Positions 22,622-34,401 of a DNA stretch of 64,000 bases are shown here, one piece after another. The notes beneath the pieces were generated by a model. The model worked only from the letters and a program-made list of their open reading frames with translations, was not told where the DNA came from and ran no database searches. Origin of the DNA: Basidiobolus meristosporus CBS 931.73. Lineage: Eukaryota > Fungi > Basidiobolomycota. Positions within the stretch are counted from its first letter, which is position 1, and the number at the start of each line of letters is the position of its first letter. The translations under genes and the position numbers were made by a program. The stretch lies in NCBI GenBank assembly GCA_002104905.1, contig MCFE01000346.1, positions 1-64,000 on the forward strand. The letters are read 5' to 3'.

Positions 22622-23318
22622 GATCTGGTGTACGAGTTGAGCTGAGACGAGCCGCTGTTAAGTGGCAGATGGGCCACGAACTGTACCATTTATACCGATC
22701 GTGACCGGGTTCAGGTTTAGGCAGAGGGAATTCTGATGACAAAGAATTAGCTCACGTAGTGGTGAAATGGTACCGCTATATAGTTACACTGATTCAATTC
22801 ATAGTTAAAAGAATGGTCACAATCCTGGAGGATTTCGGTCCAATAAGCAAGAATGATCGAGATCTCTGCTCAGCTTATGCCTGATTGTGGTCTAGTAATC
22901 TATTGGCTTGGTCGCTAAACCAGGCAGCATATCAGCATTCTTGTGTCTGTCAATGCACCCATTCTCACGGTTTCAACACGCAATGCCCAGAGGTAGCGAT
23001 GTTTATTTAAATACTCAGCGCTTTCTGCTGACATTAGTAGGTCATGATAATTAGGCTCTTTGGAATTTTAGTAGCCGGTATTTAATAGAATATTTTGCTA
23101 ATGCACTTACCGCACTATAATCATGACCTTCAGCAATTATGGGAATTCGGTGATTATTATGGAATTTACCCTTGAAAATCGGAGAGCTCAATGCAAAATA
23201 GCCTAGATTTACCATGCAATATTTGGTAGGTGTACCTAGATGAGAATTTCTACTGTCCATCATCGATCCATCGTCTCCTTTGTTCTATACCTAAGCTTTC
23301 CTTACGCTTACCATCACT

Positions 23319-24508
23319 ATGTTGCCAGGTGGATATGCTCGTGCGACAAACCTCTTGAACGGTTTGAAAAATAGTGTCTTGAAGAGAGGCTTCGCTGCTC
23401 CAAGCGAAGGTGGTTTACAAACTCGCTCGGTCCAAGAGGTAGCTACCCGAGTGGCTTGCACTCAATTGTTTCTATCCCGCTGGGGAGTAGAGTCTGCCTA
23501 TGCTGATAATGCCTCAGGTAAAAATATTTGCTTGGTTTTTCGTGAAAATAATCAAGGACCATCATTGAACCAGCTATTGAGCATAGACGAAAGACATAAG
23601 ACAGCATTCGAAGCCATCACCCGCGCCACCGAGGAAACAGGAGTCTATGTTGATTTTACTGAAAAAGTAAGCCCCCGCCAACCCATCTGCACTCAAGATC
23701 CTTCTATCCGGAAACTAAAAGTAAACACCTAACAGGAACGTAAACTTCTCGAGGCACCACTTGGTTCTTGGGATGCTGATGTCCTAAGCACTTACAACGG
23801 CAAGTGGGAGACTTTCGGTAGGAAACCCAATCGTGTTGAGTTTATATGTTTAATATTCTCAATCCGTTTATTCAGACAAGATTGAATTTTCTAGGCATAT
23901 TGCTCTGGTCCCTCCATCTTTATCCCGAAATCCCCAGCTATAACCATTATTTCCCGCGCTCCAAGCTTTTCCAGTCCACTGGAATCATGCCAGCTCATTC
24001 TCAGAGCATATCAGAGTTCTTGAGGTATATGACCATGGAGGGCAAGCCCCGCAGTCCACCTGCTGTTCACAGAGAAATCAACATAGCTGAGGCTTGGTAC
24101 TGGCGGTCCAGGGCACAAGCATTACTTTCTATAAGACCTATCATATTCCCGGATAGCTGCTGCAATAGCACGCCACCACCAAAAATCCCCAAACAATTGA
24201 AGGATATGATTGAACACATCCCGGAGGCTATCGCTCAGGCCTCGGCTAGAGCACATGAAAGCCAACTAGTAGCTAGAGTGAAAAATGATGATTTTGGGGT
24301 GGATCTAGGAGGAATCGAGGAAGAAGGAACTGGAGTTGTTGCTTACAAGGACCTTCCACCAGAACAGCACGAACAGATGAAGATGCTGGCAGAGTATCGT
24401 ATGTTGGCGTTTGGATGGCTGACTGGTAGAGCAGATTGGGAAGCAGACACCAGCGAACTAGGGTACATTAACCCGATTAGCGCCATCTGGGCACCATCCG
24501 ACAAATAA
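23319..24508 (+). CDS. DUF4272-like protein with a putative mitochondrial presequence; about 3 exons
   Basis: TRSVQEVATR, WETFGILLWSL, EAWYWRSRA and EYRMLAFGWLTGRADWE resemble the DUF4272 pattern (WRYE..LLWALG...ERHYALNWL...DWD); introns near 23668-23734 and 23819-23894. Confidence 0.6.
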
Positions 24509-25899
24509 GACTAAACAAACTTTAGCTCACATCACGTGCACTTCTGCTCCGGAGCCCCAGTCCGGAATAAAGAAGAAATATCATTCAAAATAAACATGGT
24601 TAGCTCACCAAAACACAGTTTATGGCCAGAACTAGTGGAAGCCAAGGCAATCTACTAGTGGCTTCGGATGTTTAATGCAGTGGCCGTGCTCAACCCCAAG
24701 GGACCATATATTGGTCGAGATTACACAAGACTCGATGGGATCTTCTGGCCTCTTTATATAGAGCTCAAAGCACCCGAAGGGGTTTCAGCGACATCAAATC
24801 TTCATCTATTTATGGCTAAGACAAATGGGATTACCAATGTAATATATTGGCAGTCGCGCTGTTGTTTGCAATTATCAACAACCTCAACACCTCATCAGCA
24901 TTTGGCTAGATATCAACTCTCGTCGGATTTGATTGGAGTAGCCACTGCAATAGGACTGCCATAAGAGAATGACAACATAGCAAATAGCAAGCACCTTTCT
25001 TGAGATGGAGACATTTGGCCAATCGCGTTAGACACATCGTGACATGTCTCTGGCTCAGATTCCCAACCCTCGGCAAATGCATATACCTTTTCTGGGCTTA
25101 TTACCCGCCCACAGCTATCGATGGACTAGTCCAGCTCTAAGGGGCATAGAGGCGTTCAATGAGATATAGAACCTGTGACACTCGATAAGGCTAATGCTTG
25201 CATCAGATGGAGATTCAGACAAATGATGGTTTGCCAGGAAATTAATTGAAAGCTGGATATTGTGCCTAATCGTTGTGGGAGAATCAAATTGCTTGAAAGG
25301 ACTCGGGATGAAAACCATGAATTGGCTTCCCCTAAATACGCCTTTCATCATGTGCGATTCCAGGGGCAGGTGCTCTAGACCCTTCTACGCGAAGTTCGTA
25401 GCGTTTGTTGATTTTGAGACCGTTCAACTGGGAAGATAATCACGATCAACTTACCAGTGGCATTCTAATCGAGATACATGACTTCGCTGGAGCCGGATAT
25501 AGCAGGGTTTTAATCACATTGAGAGACCACTTTTACTACGCAGTGAGAGCGATCAAGCTCCATCTAGTACAGCCTAATCCTAGCACCTGTAATACACATT
25601 TGAGGAGGGGGGAGCCGAATATTGATGTTTCAATTGAGCGGGGGCAATAATCATGGTGGTTAAGTTGCAATCGATCAAAACTATGGCCTCTGATTCACGA
25701 AATAAACACCAAGTCAAGACACTCCAGATATTTGGTCAAATTGGAATACGCCGCACCGAGCATGCAAACACTTCCAGCTTATATAAAGCCACCGAAGGGT
25801 GGAAGGTTGATTTGTAATTTACTGTTCACTATCAAGGCACTGGAGGTTGATTATAATGCATAACACTGATAAACGGAGATCATTCACTGGCCAATCAAT

Positions 25900-28063
25900 C
25901 TTAGAATCGGATGGGTAACGTTTAGGTTGGTTTTGTCGGAATTTGACAGCATCTAACCCCTTCCTAGCCCACTTGTCACCATTGTTGTCAGAGATGTGGC
26001 TCGTATCAAGACCATTACCCTGAGAGTTCCCCAAGGAACAAGAGTACGCAAGGTGACCGAGATGGTAGGGCTTTGGACACGATATCACCCACTGGTCTTG
26101 GATTAACTTGCTCATAAACCACAGTGCTGTGAGAAGTTTGAGTACTGGGAAGAGTGGAACTATGCAATGTAAGGAAATCGCGAACATACCAACCTTGATG
26201 CATCTACAGTATCAGCACGTTTCTAACCACAATGAATTCCGCGCTATAGCTATTCCGATCTACTGGATAGCTGGCTAAACGACGACTTCTCAGTTGACGC
26301 CTACCCCCCTGAGGCCAAAGTAAGTCGTCAAGGCAATCCACGTGCGCTCTAGTTTACTAAGCCTAACCTCCAAAGAAATCACTGCTACTCTTGAGCAAGA
26401 AGCCTGATTATTACGAGTTAATCCACTCCAAGATGGTAATCCATCATCCCACCCAATAGATGAATATTTCCCCTAACGCCCCTCGATTTAGCCAATATTG
26501 TCTCGCAACTCTGAAGAGGCCCTCCGTTATCTTCCGCCGAAGACTAACTCCTTCAGCTCCTTCTTTAATCGCCCTTATACCTCCTTGAAGTCAAAGCTCC
26601 GCAACGACTGCTTGTTCCTTTCCGTGATGATATTCCGCAGCGACCACAAGGTATTGCAGACGGGAAGCGGTCTACTCCCAACCCTACTGGTGGTGGACAA
26701 CTTTGCGGCCAATGGGGGAAAAGACTTCTCCGAGAGCTCCGAGGAGTTTTCGTGGATACTGAAGAGCTCTATGGAATGGGAAAAAACCAACACTTCGGAG
26801 TGCTACAACCCGGTTCTTCACAACACATCGAGACACCAGGGCTACTGCACAAGTCTGAGATTGGCATTTTGTGAGGCGGCGGACAACATGATGAAGATCC
26901 TCCCGATCCCAAGACTTGGCCATCTTTACGAGCAGCTGATTGCCCTTCCTCAGTACAACTCCAAGACATTCTTATCGGTGCAGTACGTCAACGATGCTTT
27001 ATTGCCCACTATCGCCACGGAGTCGATCAAGAACGGAACACTGAAATGGCGCTCGATCGAATCCCTGGATCAAGATGTGTATGCACCATGCTACTCGGTC
27101 CTCTCGCAGGCGTGGACCTTGTATGCAGCACGAAATGTCAAGCCATCGCCAGGGTTGTATGTTGGGTTATATTACATGGAGACTGCCACGAACGGGATGA
27201 ACATCCTGCTTCCCCGAGACCGCAAGCATATGATCCCCATGATCAAGATCCGGGAGGCTCCTGATCTCAAGGATGAGGAGTGGAAGCTTCTGCTTGAGGC
27301 CAAGAAAGATTCCAATGAGACCGATCTGAGTGAAGACATGTACTTCAGTCTCCAGGCACGCAAGGACGAATCCGCCTCATCCTACTTCAAGTACCAGTTT
27401 GCGACGGCCTTCTTGAAATTGCAGCATCTAGTCCGTCTGAACCTGAACGTCAAAGACCTCTACGATGTGGGGCCGGTCGACTTCCAGGTTCCAAAAGATC
27501 TTGGAAAGCTCAGCGGGTTGATGGACACAGTTCGAATCATCCTGATTGTTAAGCCTCTGCGACTACTGCAGGAATCAAATAGCCTTCAAAGCTACGCCCA
27601 TCACCCGCGGCTTGCCATGTACCCATTCAGACACTTCGAAACCATCCATAACCACATGTATAATCCACAGTATGTGCCTTATCGCCGTAAAATGCTCTCA
27701 TTCCAAAACCATCTGCATGAGGCCAGGAGAGGGGTTTTGACTTGTGTCCAGCAACTAAAACTTTCCAGTGGGAAACCCGGGCCACTGACCAAGGAGGTTG
27801 CCCTCTCACTGATCCAGGAAAGGATCGACCAATTGAAAAGCACCTGGCCCACCATTTCCTGGAGTGTTCGCGTTTTGGACTGGGATCGGGCTAGACAATG
27901 GCAGCAGTCAACCAAAACCCAGGCCGTGCTGTCCGGTGGCGACTCGTCTATCAAGCGTCACAAGGAAGACGCACCCCTTGTAAACAAGAACCCGGAAAAG
28001 ATCGCGTGTGTCACCCCCGTGATTGAAGAGTTGCAAGGATACACCAACAACATTCTGTTGTAA
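25900..28063 (+). CDS. ANKFN1/WAKE C-terminal-domain-like protein; several short 5' exons, true start unresolved; large last exon ~26497-28063
   Basis: 521-aa open frame with collinear blocks resembling ANKFN1 (see findings); GT-AG introns between ~25915 and ~26496. Confidence 0.6.
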
Positions 28064-29019
28064 CCACCTGCGCATGTATCCTACAACAATTTTGATGGAA
28101 TTCTCCAGCTATTCTGCGAAGTGTATTGCCATATGTGTCTATCATTCATTGCCTATATATTATATATCCGATTTTGCTTTACACTAATAAACCTTCCCGT
28201 ATTGGCCCATTAACCCATATATGGTTAAGTTGGTAGAATCTTGGCTCTCTATCTATCTTTCGCTGCAACCGGGCCTCCCGACCGTTTAATGTGTATCCCA
28301 CCTTAGCCGCTGGTGGCCTTGCAACCCGCGGCTACCGATGCCAGCGAAACTTTCCATTTACCGTTCCACTTGCCCCAGTCCCAGCGCTGTTTTCGCATCA
28401 ATACTCGTACTACAATTCAGTGATGCGGTGCGTGGTCACATAACAACGACTTACTCTCCGATAGGGTTTGGTTACCTTATGAACGCTGTACGCCACAGAC
28501 ACAGATATACTCATTCGGCGGATGGTTCAGGAAAGCTCTCGAAATAGCCGTTGGAATCCTAGGCGTGTGTCACATTCCGCATCGACTGTAGCGCGATTAT
28601 CGATATGACACCCATCCAGTGCCATGTAGGGAATAAAGTTTTCGAACCGGTTGGGGTGGTGTCAGCAGATTGCCAGGCTTGAAGATCGCTATCGAAATAG
28701 CATCAGTAAACCAATATGCACATGGAGAGCGCAAATGCGGTGAGATTAATAGAAATCCACAGAGGTGAAGCCCCAATATAAACGGATTTGTCTTAATCCA
28801 ACATACTGACCATCCATTCACCCAAATAGGCATAATATCCACAAATAATCCCATCAGATCAATTTAATTTGACCAGCCAATTTTAGATGTGGCCAGGAAG
28901 CCAAGACTCTTCGAAATCAAGTGTAGACGACTCCGAAGAGGGATCCTTATATATACTCGATTGACCATCCATGTCCAAGTGTATATTCATCTCCGAGCTC
29001 CACAAGCTTCTACTCAACC

Positions 29020-29981
29020 ATGCATCGTCCTACTGCCCAACTCTTGATCGCCGCCGCTTTTCTGGCCCGTGCTGCTGTTGATGCTACTCTCGCCTTCACA
29101 GCACCTTTAGGTGCTACATGGAATGTGGGCACCAAGCACACCATTTCCTGGTTAGTAGAATGACCTCTGTTGTTTGATAATTTGCATGCTCATCCGCTGA
29201 CTTACGATTGCTTACCAGGACCGACAATGGTGATGGAAAAGAGAGCCCTGAGACCGTCAATTTCTATCTCGTGAACGGCAACGCCGATGCCCTGCAGCTA
29301 GTTGCCACCATTGCTTCTGGAGTCAATACTGAGTCAGGCTCGTATGAGTGGACCATTCCTGCCAATATTGCGCCTGGTCAATACGCCATAAGAGCCAACG
29401 AAAACCTCCAGTATTCACCCTTCTTCACCATCAGTGAAGCGGATTCAAAGCCAAGCAGCGCCGAGCCAACTAGCACAGTTTCGTCATCTTCGGCCTCATC
29501 CAGCTCGCCCAAAGAAACCTCAACTTCCGCGTCAACCTCTACCTCAACTTCCACCTCCACCACTGCTTCCACCTCAACTTCCTCCTCAACCAGCAATACG
29601 GATAGCAGTTCTACTGCTACCTCCGAAGAGACCAGCGACGCTACCACCTCAACACCCACGGAGTCTACAAGCACCGATACCGACTTGAGCTCCACCAGCT
29701 CTATCTTAGTTAGTAGCCCCTCGGTAGCCTCATCTACCTCTGAGAGCTCCGAGGAATTGGTAAGCTCCACCGCCGATGCTTCATCTTCTGAAGCGGCTGC
29801 CACTTCTACCCCCGAGCCCACTTCAGCCACTTCCTTGGAGACATCATCTACCACAGAACCGGAGAGCTCCACCACCCCCGTCCCTACGGAGGATGCCCAA
29901 AATGGAGTTGGGCGAGTGATTCCCTCTGTTGTAGCCATTTCCGCAGCCATGATTCTTGGATTCTTCAGCAACCTGGCATAA
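29020..29981 (+). CDS. GPI-anchored Ser/Thr-rich cell-surface protein with a Kre9/Knh1-like N-terminal domain
   Basis: Signal peptide MHRPTAQLLIAAAFLARAAVDA, FTAP..W.VG..HTISW, SGSYEWTIP...PGQY, YSPFFTI, long S/T stalk, hydrophobic C-terminus; one intron ~29151-29218. Confidence 0.88.
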
Positions 29982-30218
29982 GAAAATCGGACCCGTCTTC
30001 ATTCCCACCATTTTTTCATACCCACAGTCGCCTGGATCCATGTAACATTTTGATGAATAAAGCAATCTTCGAACACACAGAAAGGGGACGCGAACCATTG
30101 AAAATCATCTAATTGTTTATTATTATTGCAGAGTTTTAGGCCATGCTTCAGCGGCCAGTCTATTAGAGTGAACAAAATCGAGGCTATATAAATTACGAGG
30201 ATAGGATCGGGGGTTGAT

Positions 30219-30967
30219 CTAAGCCAAGGCTAAGAAGGAGCTGGCAAGGGCAAGGAAGCTCACGAAGATCATGGGCAAGGCAACTGCGTTAGAATCGTTC
30301 TTGTGTTCGTCGGATTTGGCCTTAGGTGAAGTGGTACTGGACGAGGATGAGGAGACGCTAGTGGTGCTTTCAGTCTTGGTGGCCTTAGAGGAAGATTCGG
30401 TCTCTGACTCTTTATCGGACTTGGAGGACTTATCCCCAGACTTGGGTGATTCAGTCTTTTTGGAAGAATCGGAGGAGCTTGTTTTGGTGGCTGAGGATTC
30501 GGTTCTATCGGACTTTGAAGAAGTTGAGGTCGAGCTGGCGGATGCCGCGTGGGACGAGCTCTTGTAGGTGCTGTCAATTTTGAAGCTGTGGCTGTAGACA
30601 CATTCATTGCCGTAGCAGCCACTGATCACATACGTTCCCTCTACCAAATCCTTGGGAATGGTCCACTCATAGGAAAGCTTGGATGAATCAATGTTACCAG
30701 TAACGGTTCGAGCAATTTTCAAGTCCTTGTCTTCGCCATCAAAGAGCATGATGTTCATGGTGGGCATGGATGGAGCCTCGTTCTTGATCTCCCTATAATC
30801 ATGATTAATCACTAGCACGTGGTACGGTTCCAAGAAATCATAGACACTTACCAGGTGATTTCGTGTGTGGATCCAGCAGTCCAAGTGTCTATCTCAGGGC
30901 TGGTGAAGTAAACCTTGGCATCGACAGCAGCATAGCTGAGAAGAGAGGCAGCGAGGAACAATTTCAT
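30219..30967 (-). CDS. Paralogous GPI-anchored Ser/Thr/Lys-rich protein with a Kre9/Knh1-like domain
   Basis: MKLFLAASLLSYAAVDAKVYFTSP...W..G..HEITW, SYEWTIP...EGTY, YSHSFKI, S/T stalk, hydrophobic tail; one intron. Confidence 0.88.
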
Positions 30968-32632
30968 GGTTTGTCCGAACATATTTGAGGATAAGGTGAT
31001 ACCAGATGATTGATGGTTGTGAGAAACTGGTTCTTGGAGAGAGGAATTTATACTTTCCCGCTAAGGCTGCTTTTCACCCAATCCATATCTGGAAATAAAC
31101 ATCACTCGGTCAGTATTTGGAAGCCATCCCCAATTCGGAAAGTGGCCAGGAACGTGTCACGAAAGACTGATGATTCGATCCAATCCGCCATTGATCAGCA
31201 ACCTACCTCATTCTCGACGTTTCCATGAGCGCTGGAAATTTCCTATACGAGTCAGACAAACAGAGAGTTAACCATATCTGGCTTCTTCCATAGAGTCTTT
31301 TTGAAATTTACCGTCAACACGCAGAAAACTCTGAAGAGAAGGCACCCTGTTTGGAAGTCCACAGTATTTTTAGATCGAGTTGGTTTACTCGTATGTTGTA
31401 AAGCCAACTCCTTTATGTGTAGTATGTAGCTCAATACACCTGGTCATGCGTCCCCAATGATAAGGGAAGCCGAGGCTCTCAGCTTCCACTCAACAGGCTA
31501 TAGCTTCTTGTCGGTGGTCTGCGGGACAGTGGGGTATATGTTCGTAGTGGTGACCATTGCAATCAACCAAAGATACTTCCGTGATTGGCATGGCCTATCG
31601 ATGTGTATCGGCTGGTAAGATGATTGGAGATCGGCTTCACTCCAAACATGCCAAGCCGTCTAGCACTTGGTGGCAAAACTTTCTTGATTGGGACGTATGT
31701 TGTCCGGGAGATTTTCGCCCAAGTTGGGTGGATAATACTTATCGTTGGTTTCTTTCTCGAACGCGCCGCATAATGATGAAGAGTGAAAGTGCTATACACC
31801 ATGCAGGGTTGAAAATAGGAAGCCCCTTCTGTCCCAGAGTGACAACACCCCATCCTACGAGGAACACTAGAAAACTCCTGAACTCGATACGCCCCGCAGT
31901 ATGTATACCAACCTTCCATAATTGTTAATATAACAACAACCAAAGGAGAAATAGGCCAGTTCATGACATTCCATTTTTGGCATTGTGGGTGGTGTTGATG
32001 TTAGTGTTATGGTAAGTATAGATTTGAGCGTGTTTTGCAAAACTTCCAACACGTAACGCGGCACATAAGCTTAACATCCATTTACAAATACTTTGCCTAC
32101 TTTGAGAAGCTCAAAACGTGGAGATTACCATTAACAAACAATGCAGGAAGGTTCCAAGCCAAGCTTGAATGAATGCCATTGGGTTACTGTTCAACACTCA
32201 TAACAAACGATCATGATGATATGTATGCTTTTAGATGGATGATTAGCAATACATAATATACGTCCGTTAGTTGATTTTTATCCAACTTATACACTGCCAA
32301 TTATCTTGCAACTGACATATGTATATATGTACTTTCATACGAAGGGATACCAAGTGTACACGGTTTGCCAGGCAGAGTTCCTCCCTGTGTTTGGGCGAGG
32401 TTCATTTGTATTATTACCCAATTTCACCAGTATATACGTTAAGATGGTTGAAAAAGGCTTTCATTTCGCTTGGATATACATTTTTGCAAAGAAACAGGGA
32501 AGTGGGGTTAGTGGCAGAGAAAGTCCTATCAAATAACTGTTGTGAAGAATCCAAAGGTTTCCTTGCCACAATAGACTATAATACAAGCACCTATTCCATG
32601 AGGATAGTCGAACGTCACATTATCACAGATAG

Positions 32633-32902
32633 TTAAGCACCGTGTGAAGGAAGGACACGTTCCGAGGACATAAAGCTGGAGGTAATTCAGGACATTGATT
32701 AGTAACATTTTCAAGAGCACTACAAGTCTTTTCAAGATGCTTACATAGAGCCGTGGGAGATGGCCAATTGGGTAGCTGCTTGGGAGTTTTCTGAAGCGAC
32801 ATTAATATTATTCTCTAGTCTTTTAAGATTCTTGTTAAGCTCGGTGAGCTTTTTGGCAAGAGTTGCATATTGGGCCTGCTTGGATGTAGAGTTTTCCGGC
32901 AT
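32633..32902 (-). CDS. HSK3: DASH/Dam1 complex subunit Hsk3 (66 aa); exons 32902-32745 and 32675-32633
   Basis: MPENSTSKQAQYATLAKKLTELNKNLKRLENNINVASENSQAATQLAISHGSIFMSSERVLPSHGA matches the Hsk3 pattern (QY..L..L..LN.NL...E......HG..FM); 69-nt GTAAGC..CAG intron. Confidence 0.8.
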
Positions 32903-34401
32903 TATTTTGGTTCAAAGTTGACTTACAGTATTTTTCTGAATGCGGTCCAATTCTTTGGGGATTGTTTTCGTCTTGGTTAGCAATTGCCCCGATTGGACGG
33001 GCATTGTTTTGATTAATCACTGTTTAATCTCTAATCAAATTGACTCAGTTATGCAAGTCAATTCACTTTGAGCACCATTCTGAACAACATTAGGATTGAT
33101 ACAACGTTGGGGATATCGTCGATTTGCTCGATACCTGTCTAGCACAAGCGAGGCATTAGTTCCTGGGTACTCTGGTGCTCTATATTCAACAATCCTCCAA
33201 ATCATGTCCACACTGTTGATTGGGGGCTTATCTACGGCTTTCTGTTCCATCCTCCACGCTCCCTCAGAGAAATTCATAGTTTCTAGATCCAACCACAGAG
33301 CAGTCGCCAAGTAATCCAAGAATGATCGTATGGACCCTTTGGAAAAGTAGCACAGCTACCATGTTGCATATCCACCTAACAAATCAATACCAATCATGCG
33401 TAAACAGTCTGATCATAGGGTAATTCTCGGTTTGTAGTGTGTTTATTGCACGAGTGCTCGATAACGTCATCTTCACTAGATGTTCTGTTTGTCGGGTTGC
33501 TAGGATACACAATATACGGCTTACCTTGATATGTCACACCGTTGTTGTATTTGGGTGCATTATGGGGATGTATATCGACAAGCCGTCTTCGTTCCCACCA
33601 TGCTCTGTGTTACTGAAACCACAGTCATACCAACAAGTTTGGTGTGGTATTTGTAAAGATAGCTAATGAGGAACAAGGCGCTGGTTGCACATGCAGCTGC
33701 TTTCCTGCTCATTCGACTTCCCATAGCCCCATTCGTTCTCTGGTATGCGCCTTCGACAACCAAGCTATTAAACCGTTGGTCTCGGGCACATTGGCTACCG
33801 CCACCAACACAATTGTGTCTATCTAGTGACAAGATATCCACGTAGCTCATGGAATTTCCCTATCTTCCCTGGATCATTTCCCTTTCGTGCAACATTCTGG
33901 CCTTGGGCTGCTTAACACTGCCTGGTCTGTGGTTTTTGTCGACCACTTTCATCATCTAGTTCGAAACAACATGCGATACATATGTTATGGGTGCTAAAAT
34001 ATTATCCTCAACTCAAAACCCACTATTTTAGCATTCCTTCCTGATTCCCCCGAATATTATTGCTTATTATTATAAACAAGTGTAACCTGCATATGGATAG
34101 CACTAGAACAGTCTTGGTAAGAGCGGAACCTCTGGGTCACGTGTCGATGGGAACACACCGAATTGATTGTGGGAAAGACCCGAATCAGGAATCCTAGGAC
34201 CGAAGCAGGAATGGAAGAGGAAATTGGGGCCACATCCGGCTAGCCGAGGTTAGGTAGGTAACGATCCAGGAATCGCCCAATTGGGATGGTTCGGTTCGGA
34301 CCATGTGGGTAAGAATTCTTTCGTTTTTCTCACTGCCGTTTTTTTCTTAAGGTTGGTTTCTTTGAAGTACAGACCCAGTCCCTTCCACTACTTTGACAGG
34401 A

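Noticed and set aside
24540-25700. Short ORFs 24668-24964, 25115-25351 and 25405-25650
   Set aside because: No coding signature; may include unresolved 5' exons of the ANKFN1-like gene
33020-33870. Possible spliced gene on the minus strand (e.g. ...LDYLATALWLDLETMNFSEGAWRME...WRIVEYRAPEYPG)
   Set aside because: Could not assemble a consistent exon chain or recognise a family
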